A stretch of DNA of 63,111 bases from Gammaproteobacteria bacterium (GTDB lineage: Bacteria; Pseudomonadota; Gammaproteobacteria; Steroidobacterales; Woeseiaceae): assembly GCA_029881055.1 (NCBI GenBank), contig JAOUNH010000001.1, positions 1-63,111 on the forward strand, written 5' to 3'. Under the pieces are notes generated by a model. It was not told the origin of the DNA and ran no database searches. It saw only the letters and a list, made by a program, of their open reading frames with translations. This document shows positions 43,710 to 52,842 of this stretch, piece by piece (within the stretch, counting starts at the first letter, position 1; the number at the start of each line of letters is the position of its first letter). The position numbers and the translations under genes were made by a program.

Positions 43710-44547
43710 GGTAGCCGCTGCCGTCATAATCGCTGGCGGCCTTGCTGTCGCCCCCCTGCTCGACGACGGCAAAGCGACCGACAGTGCGCTGACAAGCCCG
43801 AAACCCGCGGAAATGCCGCAATTTCGAATACATTGGCGGCAGGACGAAGTCTCGCTTGCGGGGCACACCGTATCGGAACAGCACGAGCGGGACCTTGCCG
43901 GGATCGCGGCGGCCCAGTACCCGAATGCCCGCGTTAGTACCAACTTCAAACCCCTGGGAGTCGTGCCGGACTACTGGGCGGACGTTTCGGCCCTGACTCT
44001 CTCACTGCTTGCCGCGACTCGCTCTGCAGAGGCGACAATTTCGACAACCGGGATTTCGGTGCGCGGCGTCATCGATGATGAACTGGTATGGCAAAGCCAG
44101 CTCGCCGCGTACGAAAGTACCTTGGCAGGAGAATTGAGCGTTGCCACCGACATGCTGTTGGTCAACAGTGGTGCCGACATTTCAGCCATCTGTGAGCGCG
44201 CGTTCAGTACTTTTGTGCCCGGCCGCATCGAGTTCGAGGAATCCGGCACCGAGCTGCGCAGTTCTGCCTACCCAAGACTCGATCGTGTCATCGCGCTGGC
44301 CAGGACCTGTCAGGAATTCCGCATCCTGATTACAGGTCACACCGACGCGTCCGGCACGCCCGCCCTGAACGACGACTTGAGTCTCAGGCGCGCTGGAGTC
44401 GTTGCCGATTATTTTGCCAATGGCGGCATCGACCGCGCCCGGTTGGCGGTCAGCGGCGCGGGCTCAACGCGACCGATCGCCGATGACAGCACGCGCCACG
44501 GCCGTAGCCTCAATCGCCGGATTGAGATTGCGTTCGAATTGCCCTGA
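43687..44547 (+). CDS. OmpA-family (OmpA/MotB C-terminal peptidoglycan-binding domain) protein
   Basis: The C-terminal motif is ITGHTDASGTPALNDDLSLRRAGVVADYF...RLAVSGAGSTRPIADD...NRRIEIAF. An N-terminal anchor helix is present. The start overlaps the preceding gene by 23 nt. Confidence 0.8.
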   Translation: MIKNRAARVAAAVIIAGGLAVAPLLDDGKATDSALTSPKPAEMPQFRIHWRQDEVSLAGHTVSEQHERDLAGIAAAQYPNARVSTNFKPLGVVPDYWADVSALTLSLLAATRSAEATISTTGISVRGVIDDELVWQSQLAAYESTLAGELSVATDMLLVNSGADISAICERAFSTFVPGRIEFEESGTELRSSAYPRLDRVIALARTCQEFRILITGHTDASGTPALNDDLSLRRAGVVADYFANGGIDRARLAVSGAGSTRPIADDSTRHGRSLNRRIEIAFELP

Positions 44548-44550
44548 TCG

Positions 44551-45057
44551 CTATTCCGACGACGTCAGTTTCAGAAGTTCAATCGTAAAAATCAGCGGTG
44601 TATTCGGTGGCAGAGACTCACCCCTGCCGGCAGCGCCGTATGCCAGGTCCGAGGCAACAACCAGCTCCCGGGTTTCACCCTCAAGCATGCACGGTATGCC
44701 GAGATCCCAGCCCTTGATGACCTGGCCCGCGCCGATCTGAAACTGGAACACGTTGTCGCCGGACTCCCAGACGAAGCGGCCCCGTCTGTCTTCCGCCGTT
44801 TCATCGTAGTGCCAAAGCCATACGTTTGTGTCAGCGTAATCACCTTTGACGGCCGCCCGGCCATGGCCGGTCTTTATGATTCTCGCCGACAGACCGGGTG
44901 CAATTTCAATGTCACCGGATTCACTCGCCGGTGGGCAGTTCATCGTCGTCGTCATATTCGCATCCACCGTTTGGTTGTTTGCGGCGCCTTCTTCTGTGGC
45001 AGGAGTACAGGCCGCCATTGCGGCTGCGATCAACAGCAGCGCATACAATCTAATCAT
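44551..45057 (-). CDS. FKBP-type peptidyl-prolyl cis-trans isomerase lipoprotein
   Basis: The lipobox is AAAMAAC. The FKBP core reads [36 protein letters not shown]...[14 protein letters not shown]. Confidence 0.85.
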   Translation of the reverse strand: MIRLYALLLIAAAMAACTPATEEGAANNQTVDANMTTTMNCPPASESGDIEIAPGLSARIIKTGHGRAAVKGDYADTNVWLWHYDETAEDRRGRFVWESGDNVFQFQIGAGQVIKGWDLGIPCMLEGETRELVVASDLAYGAAGRGESLPPNTPLIFTIELLKLTSSE

Positions 45058-45458
45058 TCTTCAGTGCTCTCAAAATCCAGTGATGCCGAATTGATACAGT
45101 AACGCAACCCTGTCGGTTGTGGGCCGTCCTCGAAAACGTGCCCCAGGTGCGCGCCGCAATTCTTGCACACAACCTCGCGTCGAACCATTCCGTGACTTGT
45201 GTCGGTGATCGTCCGGACGGCATCGCCAGCCATCGGCAGCCAGAAACTCGGCCAACCCGAGCCGGAATCGTATTTATGCTCCGAACTAAAAAGCGCCGCG
45301 TCGCAACACACGCACCGGTAGCTACCGTCGGCCTTGTGATCGACGTATTTTCCCGTAAAAGCGCGTTCGGTCCCCTTGTTTTGTGTAATTTCGAACTGCT
45401 CATTGTCGAGCTTCGTGCGCAAATCGTTCTGGTCAGGCCGGCTCACTGTCTGCTCCAT
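45054..45458 (-). CDS. msrB: Peptide-methionine (R)-S-oxide reductase
   Basis: Two CxxC zinc pairs (CVCC, CKNC) and the GSGWPSF motif with catalytic RYCINS are present. The gene overlaps the htpG stop by 26 nt and the fkbp start by 4 nt. Confidence 0.92.
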   Translation of the reverse strand: MEQTVSRPDQNDLRTKLDNEQFEITQNKGTERAFTGKYVDHKADGSYRCVCCDAALFSSEHKYDSGSGWPSFWLPMAGDAVRTITDTSHGMVRREVVCKNCGAHLGHVFEDGPQPTGLRYCINSASLDFESTEE

Positions 45459-47319
45459 GTTCTGCGTTGAGTAAATAATCGTTCATACGTTGCACGTATT
45501 CTGCCGGATTGGGAAGCGGCGACCCTTCGGCGAGCAACGCGTGATCGAGAACGATCTCCGACAAGGCCCCAAAACGACGGTCATCCGTCTCTTCCGACAG
45601 CCGGGTGACCAAGGGATGCCCGACGTTGATCTCGAGAATGGGTTTCGACTCCGGCAGCGCCTGGCCGCTCGCCTCCAGCATGCGCCGCACCTGGGGATTC
45701 AGGTCGTGGTCGCTTGCTACCACGCAGGCCGGTGAATTGACCAGCCGTCGGCTGACATTGACGGCCGTCACGCGTGAGCTCAGGACCTCCTGGATCCTGT
45801 CGAGCAAGGCTTTGTGTGTTTCGTTCAGCTTGTCCTGATCTTTCAGCTCGCCCTTCTCCGGCATGTCGAGGGCCTCGCGCGCGACATCGACCAAGGCCTT
45901 GCCTTCGTACTCCGCCAGGGCCTCAGCTACCCAGGCATCGATTCGGTCCGTCAGCAGCAGCACTTCGATCCCACGACTTCGTAATTGCTCCAGATGCGGA
46001 CTCGCGATGGCTGTCGCATGGCCTTCGGCCAGGATGTAATAGATTTTGTCCTGATCCTCCTGGCATCGCCCGAGATAATCATCGAGTGACTGGTCTTGTG
46101 TCTCGCTGCCGGTATGCGTCGTCGCAAAACGCAGCAACTTGGCAAGCTTGTCTTTATTCGCCTGGTCCTCGACAAGACCTTCCTTGAATACCGTGCCGAA
46201 CTCATTCCAGAATTTCTGGTATTCGTCCTTCTTGCCCGCGAGCTTCTTCAGAATATCGAGCACACGACGCGTTAGCGCATTACGCATCGACGTAATTTCC
46301 GGATTCTGTTGCAACAGTTCACGCGAAACGTTGAGTGGCAATTCTGATGAGTCTACGACGCCTTTCACAAACCGCAGGTACAACGGCAGGAACTGCTCAG
46401 CATCGTCCATGATGAAGACCCGCTGGACATAGAGTTTCAGTCCGCGCGGCGCTTCCCGATTCCACAAATCGAACGGCGCTGCCGCCGGAATATAAAGCAG
46501 GCTCGTGTATTCCCGCTTACCCTCGACCTTGTTGTGGCTCCAGCGCAGCGGGTCCGAAAAGTCGTGCGAAATGTGTTTGTAGAATTCACGGTATTCGTCG
46601 TCAGTCACGTCCGAGCGGGAACGCGTCCACAGCGCTGTGGCCGAATTCACGACTTTGGTCTCCGCGTCCTTGCCGCCTGTATCGGTCAGGGAAACAGGGA
46701 AACCGATGTGGTCGGAATATTTGCGAATCAGCGCCTGAATGCGGAGCGACTCTGCGAACTCGGACTGGTCTTTCTTGAGGTGCAGGGTGACTTGAGTACC
46801 ACGTTCTTTGCGTTCGATATTCTCGACCGTGAATTCGCCCTGCCCTTCGGACTCCCAGCGAACAGCTGCTTCTGCGTCCAGACCTGCACGTCGGGATTCG
46901 ACAGTAACTTTGTCTGCCACGATGAATGCCGAGTAAAAACCAACACCGAACTGCCCGATCAGGCGCGCATCGTGCTTCTTGTCGCCGGTCATCTGTTTCA
47001 GGAACTCTGCCGTCCCGGACTTCGCGATGGTGCCCAGGTTCTCGACAAGCTCATCTCGGGACATGCCGATACCATTGTCGATGACCGTCAGGGTCTTCTT
47101 TTTCTTGTCTACTTCAATACGAATGCCGAGTTCCGGGTCATCCGCCAGCCAGTCCGGGTGCGCGAGGGCCTCGAATCGCAGCTTGTCAGCCGCGTCGGAG
47201 GCGTTGGATATCAGCTCGCGAAGGAAAATTTCCTTGTTGCTGTAAAGAGAATGGATCATCAGCTGCAGTAGCTGACGTACCTCGGTCTGGAATCCGAGGG
47301 TTTCGCGCTTATCGCTCAC
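45433..47319 (-). CDS. htpG: Molecular chaperone HtpG (Hsp90)
   Basis: 628 aa with the Hsp90 N-terminal ATPase signature ([27 protein letters not shown]). Confidence 0.95.
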   Translation of the reverse strand: MSDKRETLGFQTEVRQLLQLMIHSLYSNKEIFLRELISNASDAADKLRFEALAHPDWLADDPELGIRIEVDKKKKTLTVIDNGIGMSRDELVENLGTIAKSGTAEFLKQMTGDKKHDARLIGQFGVGFYSAFIVADKVTVESRRAGLDAEAAVRWESEGQGEFTVENIERKERGTQVTLHLKKDQSEFAESLRIQALIRKYSDHIGFPVSLTDTGGKDAETKVVNSATALWTRSRSDVTDDEYREFYKHISHDFSDPLRWSHNKVEGKREYTSLLYIPAAAPFDLWNREAPRGLKLYVQRVFIMDDAEQFLPLYLRFVKGVVDSSELPLNVSRELLQQNPEITSMRNALTRRVLDILKKLAGKKDEYQKFWNEFGTVFKEGLVEDQANKDKLAKLLRFATTHTGSETQDQSLDDYLGRCQEDQDKIYYILAEGHATAIASPHLEQLRSRGIEVLLLTDRIDAWVAEALAEYEGKALVDVAREALDMPEKGELKDQDKLNETHKALLDRIQEVLSSRVTAVNVSRRLVNSPACVVASDHDLNPQVRRMLEASGQALPESKPILEINVGHPLVTRLSEETDDRRFGALSEIVLDHALLAEGSPLPNPAEYVQRMNDYLLNAEHGADSEPA

Positions 47320-47353
47320 GCAGTAGTCTCCCGACGTTATAGGGACACTGACG

Positions 47354-47379
47354 ATATAGGCTCCTCAGCCTATTTCAAG
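47354..47379 (-). promoter_or_regulatory. Sigma-32 (heat-shock) promoter-like element upstream of htpG
   Basis: The minus strand reads CTTGAAA (exact sigma-32 -35 core), then about 11-12 nt, then GCCTATAT (resembling CCCCATNT). It lies in the 62-bp gap before htpG. The spacer is at the short end of the accepted range. Confidence 0.45.
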
Positions 47380-47381
47380 GT

Positions 47382-47660
47382 TTAGCGGGTTTTTCCGCCG
47401 GTTTCGACGCGCCAGTTCTGCGCCGGAGTGCCGCTGGGTGACGTCACGGCGCGATACAGTAACGTTACGAACAACACGATAGCGGTCGCCAGGGCGATAG
47501 GTGGGTGTCGGAGTGCCAGCCATATGCCTGCCAGCGCCCCCGTGCCCAATACCAGGTAAATGATCAGTGCGAACGCCAGGCGGCGCAGCCGCTCTCCGAT
47601 CAGGCCGAACATACCGTAAAGGTCGTCCAGGTCATCGAGATAAAGCAGGAAGCGTTCCAT
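47382..47660 (-). CDS. Small two-TM membrane protein, hypothetical
   Basis: 92 aa with two hydrophobic helices (LAFALIIYLVLGTGALAGIWLAL, IALATAIVLFVTLLY). Confidence 0.45.
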   Translation of the reverse strand: MERFLLYLDDLDDLYGMFGLIGERLRRLAFALIIYLVLGTGALAGIWLALRHPPIALATAIVLFVTLLYRAVTSPSGTPAQNWRVETGGKTR

Positions 47661-47666
47661 TGATAC

Positions 47667-47858
47667 TCAGCGAACGATCGTCAGCAGTGGACTGGTGGAC
47701 TCGGCATCGCCACAAGGCGTAGCCCCATCGTCCAGTAAAGCGAGATTGGACTGTTTGGCATGCGCAATGGCTCGATGGAAAAGTTCCCATCGCTGGCGAG
47801 CGGCTTCACTCGTTAGAGGCAGGCCTGACGAACGGTGCTTGGCTTGTTTTTTGGGCAT
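47667..47858 (-). CDS. Small hypothetical protein (63 aa)
   Basis: The ORF is 7 nt upstream of the next gene on the same strand. No recognisable motif, so coding status is uncertain. Confidence 0.3.
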   Translation of the reverse strand: MPKKQAKHRSSGLPLTSEAARQRWELFHRAIAHAKQSNLALLDDGATPCGDAESTSPLLTIVR

Positions 47859-48054
47859 TCAATTTTCAACAAGTTTCAGGAGTTGTTTGGACTATAGAGA
47901 GCCCGATTTATTCTCTCCGTGAGGCAAGTCACAGCTTGCTTTAGAACTTGTTGAGAGGACCTTTTTTTGCACAAAATTCAGACGCAGTTCCGGCGCGTTC
48001 ATGGACCTGATTCACGTTCATTAGTTTTGGTGGGATGGCGGTAGGCTATTACGT

Positions 48055-48084
48055 AAAACGCCGACATTAAGTCGGCGTTTTTTT
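48055..48084. terminator. Intrinsic terminator, A-tract/hairpin/T-tract (bidirectional form)
   Basis: Stem ACGCCGAC (48058-48065) / GTCGGCGT (48071-48078) with loop ATTAA. It is followed by T7 on the plus strand and preceded by A4. It lies 25 nt downstream of the minus-strand 102-aa ORF. Confidence 0.7.
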
Positions 48085-48109
48085 GTTTGCGTTACGTAAT
48101 CCGCGGTCG

Positions 48110-48418
48110 TTAATCGTCTTTCTTCTGATCCTTCGACCAAGTGCGTTTCACCTGGTCTGACCACTCGCGATATCCCTTCCAGGAATACAGGGACGGATCA
48201 ATCCCCGATCGACGGCTGCGCGTCGTCGGTGCTTTTGAGATCCAGCGACGATACTGTTGCCAGCCATCTGCGTCATTGGCTGCCGGCTCGTTCTTTTCGA
48301 GCGTCGCGTCTTTGGCGTCCCTGTCGGCATCCGTACCGAAACTGCTGGGCCATTTCATGTGTTTACTGTCTGGCATTTGCTTGCTCAGGCTATCCTTGTA
48401 CGCAAATACTAAAGACAT
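48110..48418 (-). CDS. Hypothetical charged protein (102 aa)
   Basis: The ORF is followed by a good terminator, but the Shine-Dalgarno is weak. No family recognised. Confidence 0.4.
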   Translation of the reverse strand: MSLVFAYKDSLSKQMPDSKHMKWPSSFGTDADRDAKDATLEKNEPAANDADGWQQYRRWISKAPTTRSRRSGIDPSLYSWKGYREWSDQVKRTWSKDQKKDD

Positions 48419-48496
48419 TCACCATAAATCACAGGAACTGCATCACAATGCGGACTCCTGTTTTTTCTTTATTTATCAGATAGTTAGTCGTCCGTT

Positions 48497-49870
48497 TTAC
48501 TTAATAGCGTAGCAAGGGTCGTAATCGGAACCGGATATCTTCATTCGCTTCTGCGCCACGAAAGCCGCGAGCAAACGATCGAGCATGGACATTATTCGAC
48601 GCGATCCATTTATCTGAAACGGCCCGAGCCGCTCTATGGACTCCGCTGTGTCTTCGCGAACATTGCCTGAGACGATGCCGGAGAATACTCGCCGCAGATT
48701 TGCGGCCAGAATGTGCGTGGGCAGATCTTCGCTGATATCGAGGCTGCTCATGGATTCGTGCGTGGCGACAAACGGCAGCTGGAATTCCCGGCCGATGTGC
48801 AGTCGCCAGTTGAAATAGTAGGCGTCTCCGTGCCGGGTGCGAAATTCCAGCACGTCCTCGAGGCCCTTGTTGACTTCCTGCGCAACCAACACCGGATCGT
48901 TAATGATGATCTTGTACCGGCCCTGCGCTTCCGGTCCGAGTGTCGCACCGATGAATTCGTCGATTTGCTCGAAATAAGCCGCCGAACTTTCAGGGCCGGT
49001 CATCACGAGCGGAAATGGCTGCGTTGCGTTATCCGGGTGCAGCAGGATGCCCAGCAGGTACAGAATTTCCTCAGCAGTACCAACACCGCCCGGAAATACC
49101 ACGATGCCGTGACCGGTCCTGACGAACGCCTCCAGGCGCTTTTCCATGTCCGGCATGATGACTAGAGAATTGACGATAGGGTTAGGCGACTCTGCGGCAA
49201 TAATGCCAGGTTCCGTGATACCAACGTATCTTCCGTTGCGAATGCGTTGCTTGGCATGGCCGATGGTGGCGCCCTTCATCGGCCCCTTCATTGCGCCCGG
49301 CCCGCAACCCGTACAGACATTCAGCCGGCGCAGACCCAGTTCGTAGCCCACGAGTTTTGAATAGTCGTATTCCTCGCGGCTGATCGCGTGGCCACCCCAA
49401 CAGACGATCATATTCACTTCTGCCGGAAGAACCAGCAGCTTCGCGTTTCGAACGATATGAAAAACGGCATTGGTGATCCCGTCCGAGGAATCGAGGTCGA
49501 ATTGACCGCTCTCGAATATCTCGTCGCGCGTGAAAACAATATCCCGGAGGACGGCCGATAAGAGCTCTCGGGTACCGCGAATCATTACGCCGTCGACAAA
49601 TGCGGCGGCTGGCGCGTTCAACAAGGACAATTTCAGGCCGCGGTCCTGCTGAATAAAGCGCACCTCGAAGTCACTGTAAGTGTCGAGCATCTGCCTGGCG
49701 TCGTCGGTTTGATTGCCCGAGTTCAGCACGGCCAGTAAACACCGGCGCAGCAAGGTGTACAGTCCGCCGGCACCTTTGCTTTTCAGCAAATCCACTTCGT
49801 GTTGTGAGAGAACTTCGAGGCTGCCCTCGGGCCAGACCTCGGCGTCTATGTACATCGCTGATTCGGTCAT
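48497..49870 (-). CDS. ppnN: Nucleotide 5'-monophosphate nucleosidase PpnN (YgdH, LOG-family)
   Basis: 457 aa, the YgdH length. LOG-type motifs are present (TGCGPGAMKGPMKGA, VVFPGGVGTAEE). Confidence 0.82.
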   Translation of the reverse strand: MTESAMYIDAEVWPEGSLEVLSQHEVDLLKSKGAGGLYTLLRRCLLAVLNSGNQTDDARQMLDTYSDFEVRFIQQDRGLKLSLLNAPAAAFVDGVMIRGTRELLSAVLRDIVFTRDEIFESGQFDLDSSDGITNAVFHIVRNAKLLVLPAEVNMIVCWGGHAISREEYDYSKLVGYELGLRRLNVCTGCGPGAMKGPMKGATIGHAKQRIRNGRYVGITEPGIIAAESPNPIVNSLVIMPDMEKRLEAFVRTGHGIVVFPGGVGTAEEILYLLGILLHPDNATQPFPLVMTGPESSAAYFEQIDEFIGATLGPEAQGRYKIIINDPVLVAQEVNKGLEDVLEFRTRHGDAYYFNWRLHIGREFQLPFVATHESMSSLDISEDLPTHILAANLRRVFSGIVSGNVREDTAESIERLGPFQINGSRRIMSMLDRLLAAFVAQKRMKISGSDYDPCYAIK

Positions 49871-49874
49871 GAAT

Positions 49875-50375
49875 TCAGGGAAGGATTTCGACCGGCGTGT
49901 TGTCGGGCGTCATCAGCCAGATATCGATCATGTCGGAGTTGGACACGGCGATACAGCCATTGGTCCAGTCCTGGGTCCGATAATAGGTCTCGGTATAGGT
50001 CGGCGCATTGGGCTGGCCGTGAATCATGATCGCTCCACCCGGATCCGCTCCCTTGAGTCTTGCCTCGCGCCGATCGTCGGCGTCGGGGTAGGAAATGTGT
50101 ATCGACAGGAAAAAATCGCTGTTGGGGTTGCGCATATCGAGCAAGTAACGGCCTTCGGGTGTTTTGAAATCGCCCTCCACACTCTTGTCGCCCTCGGGAC
50201 TTATACCCAGGGCGATCTTGAAGGTCCTGAAAATTTTGCCGTTGTTCAGGAGATGGAGTTCGCGGTCCGACTTGACGATCAGGACTTCGTCGGCCGTCGG
50301 AAACTCATCCGCGAACGGGACTCCTGGCGCCAGTATGGCCAGCAAAATTATCGATGTCAGGATTCGGCACAGCAT
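49875..50375 (-). CDS. L,D-transpeptidase (YkuD domain)
   Basis: It has a signal peptide and the YkuD catalytic region (IMIHGQPN ... TNGCIAVSNSDM). Confidence 0.85.
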   Translation of the reverse strand: MLCRILTSIILLAILAPGVPFADEFPTADEVLIVKSDRELHLLNNGKIFRTFKIALGISPEGDKSVEGDFKTPEGRYLLDMRNPNSDFFLSIHISYPDADDRREARLKGADPGGAIMIHGQPNAPTYTETYYRTQDWTNGCIAVSNSDMIDIWLMTPDNTPVEILP

Positions 50376-50440
50376 GTTTCTAGACTAACAAACCTCTCAA
50401 GACCGGAACATGGCCCATTTCACACTAGGGCCAGCAGGTC

Positions 50441-50845
50441 CTAAACGTTCCGACCGGCAATCCAGCCAATCGCAAATCCGATGCCGCCCGCCCCGGATGT
50501 ATAGATAGGCAGGTATTGAAACAGGCGCTCAGGGTGTGCCGCATCCGTAAACATTCCGTTCAAATTGATTGCATAAGCGTAATGCAGATAGAGCGCAAGA
50601 CCCAGCGCGGGAATCGCATAACCGACGAGCCCCAGCGGTAATCGTCCGCCCGACCCGGACCATCGACCACCGCCCCGGTGCAGCACCAGCGCGGCCAGCA
50701 GCACCATAATCGCGAGCGGCACAAGGTTGCGCAACACATAGGGCCCTCCCTGCTGTACGTCGTTGAACCAGGCAGCGGCGGCAATCGCGACCAGCACGAC
50801 GGGTAGCAACCGCCACAACGTGTATTTGATCGCGTTATCCATCAA
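50441..50845 (-). CDS. Hypothetical integral membrane protein (4 TM)
   Basis: 134 aa and hydrophobic. The start overlaps the mltD stop by 4 nt. Confidence 0.5.
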   Translation of the reverse strand: MMDNAIKYTLWRLLPVVLVAIAAAAWFNDVQQGGPYVLRNLVPLAIMVLLAALVLHRGGGRWSGSGGRLPLGLVGYAIPALGLALYLHYAYAINLNGMFTDAAHPERLFQYLPIYTSGAGGIGFAIGWIAGRNV

Positions 50846-52782
50846 TCACGCTCGACATCGCTCAACAGGGGAATCTGGACTTTGGTACCCGGATGAACCT
50901 TTTGCACATCTACGCCCGGGTTATATTGTCGAAACAGCCAGATCGGCACTTCATATTTCCGGAGCGCCAATATCCAGACCGACTCGCCTGCATTGATCGT
51001 ATGTTCGATGACGCCGGTGATGACATGCTCGCGAAAAAAGCTGTCCTGCAGCGCGGTGTGGTAGGCAATGCGGCGCTCCTCGAAACGCTTCGCGTCGACC
51101 GCGTTCAAGTCCAGCCGGATACGCTGGCCAACTTCCACGGGCGTCCCAAACGTCAGGCGATTCAGGTCTCGCAATCGCTGCGTCTTGATTTCCAGCCAGT
51201 CGCCATAATGCCCAAGCGTCTCCAGCGGTTGGACCTCAATCGTGTTATCGGCGGCGACGCTGTAGTCACTGGGATCCGACAGCAGCGAGGTTTGCGTGGC
51301 TCCGGTCGCGACTACGGCCGCGTCGCCCGCCATCGCGCCGGGTTGCATTTCAACAACTTCCGGTTCCGGCTCTGCCGGTGTTGCCGGAATCTCTGCTGCG
51401 ACCGGCGTTTCCGGGATTTCGGCTGCTGGCTCAGGTGTCGGTGCGGCAGCGACAGTTTCGACCGCCGGAGCGGGTCCCGCAGCCGGCAGGCGCAACTGCT
51501 GTCCCGCCCGGATTTTGCCGCTACTGCTGAGATTGTTTAATGCCACCAGGGTCGACACGCGAGTGCCATAGGTCTCGGCGATTTGTGACAACGTGTCGCC
51601 ACGCACAACTTTGTGAAACATGTCGGGCAACTGCTTTGAAAAAACCGCACTGGACGGCAGGCTATCCAGCACTTCAGACAGCGGCCGCTGCAGACTGTCA
51701 GCCGGGAACCGCAGCTCGTAGCCCTTGGGCAGGTATTTGCTTTCCTGCCAGACGGTCGCCTGCAACGCCGGATTGTGTTGCCTGAGTTTCAGCGGTGTCG
51801 TGCCCAGCGCCGCCGCCAGTCCGGACGCTGAAACATAGCTCGGCAGGCTCGCGACGGCGTACGGGATTGGCGACTCAGCGCGCAGGCCCGGAAAGTATTT
51901 CTCAACGTTTTGATCCACCTCTTTCGCCGCCAGGAAAGCAACGTAGAAATTTCTCGATGCGAAGCCAAATGTCCGTCCATTGTATTTGCGCAATATGTCG
52001 ACATAGGCGGTATCGCCGTACTGGCTCATCGCGCGTCTCACCCCGCCGAGGCCATGATTGTAGGCCGTGATCGCCATCGGCCAGTTGCCCGTAAGCGAGT
52101 AGTTGTATGCCATGAGCTGGGCGGCGGCACGCGTTGCCATGAACGGATCGTTGCGCTCATCGATAACATGATCGATACGCATGAATCGTTGCCCCGTACT
52201 GCGCGTGAACTGCCAGATTCCCGAGGCACCCACGTTCGAGCGAGCATCCGGATTGTAGGAAGACTCTACATGCGGCAGGGCTGCAATCTCGATCGGTAAG
52301 TTCAAGGCGGCGAACTCCCGGTTCACGTGATCACGCCAGCGTCCGGAGCGTTGCAGCCCCTCGCGAAATCGATCCTTCAAGCCCTGCTGATAACGAATCT
52401 GGCCGACCGCCGCGGCCAGCGTCTCGTTACTGACGCCCGCGGGCCACAGCGCGAGTACACGTGCTTCTTCAGCCGTCAGCTGGTCGCGCTTCCCTTTGGC
52501 CAGTGTCCTCAGGGTCGCCTGCAATTCCTTGCGGCGCTCCTCAGCCCGCCGCTGGCGCTCGCGGCTCGAGGTTTTTTCGGGTATCGGGAGCCTGTCGTAA
52601 ACGACCGCGAGGTTGCGATTGTCGTGCAGTACGCCCTCGTCGTTACCGTAACGGGTAAAGACATCGGTCCAAAAGTCGACGTCAACCTGCAACTCCGGAG
52701 GCTGCGGGAAGGTGTCTGCAGCGATGGATTCGGCGGAAAAAGCCAAAAATACCAGTAATAAAAGAGACTTAGAGCTTGTCAT
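50842..52782 (-). CDS. mltD: Membrane-bound lytic murein transglycosylase D-like with LysM repeats
   Basis: It has an SLT domain (LPHVESSYNPDARSNVGASGIWQF, YNHG), LysM motifs (HKVVRGDTLSQIAETYG..., and a C-terminal copy) and a Pro/Ala/Glu linker. Confidence 0.88.
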   Translation of the reverse strand: MTSSKSLLLLVFLAFSAESIAADTFPQPPELQVDVDFWTDVFTRYGNDEGVLHDNRNLAVVYDRLPIPEKTSSRERQRRAEERRKELQATLRTLAKGKRDQLTAEEARVLALWPAGVSNETLAAAVGQIRYQQGLKDRFREGLQRSGRWRDHVNREFAALNLPIEIAALPHVESSYNPDARSNVGASGIWQFTRSTGQRFMRIDHVIDERNDPFMATRAAAQLMAYNYSLTGNWPMAITAYNHGLGGVRRAMSQYGDTAYVDILRKYNGRTFGFASRNFYVAFLAAKEVDQNVEKYFPGLRAESPIPYAVASLPSYVSASGLAAALGTTPLKLRQHNPALQATVWQESKYLPKGYELRFPADSLQRPLSEVLDSLPSSAVFSKQLPDMFHKVVRGDTLSQIAETYGTRVSTLVALNNLSSSGKIRAGQQLRLPAAGPAPAVETVAAAPTPEPAAEIPETPVAAEIPATPAEPEPEVVEMQPGAMAGDAAVVATGATQTSLLSDPSDYSVAADNTIEVQPLETLGHYGDWLEIKTQRLRDLNRLTFGTPVEVGQRIRLDLNAVDAKRFEERRIAYHTALQDSFFREHVITGVIEHTINAGESVWILALRKYEVPIWLFRQYNPGVDVQKVHPGTKVQIPLLSDVERD

Positions 52783-52842
52783 TTATGTTAATTCAAGTTT
52801 CAATCCGAAATTATTGACTGCTTCACGGTAAAAACCCAAGAC

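Noticed and set aside
47859-48054. Possible plus-strand sRNA ending at the strong T7 terminator at 48055-48084
   Set aside because: I found no convincing plus-strand promoter. The region is adequately explained as the terminator of the minus-strand 102-aa gene (the hairpin is bidirectional in form) plus the promoter region of the minus-strand 63-aa/92-aa genes. The flanking TTACGTAA palindromes are noted but unexplained.
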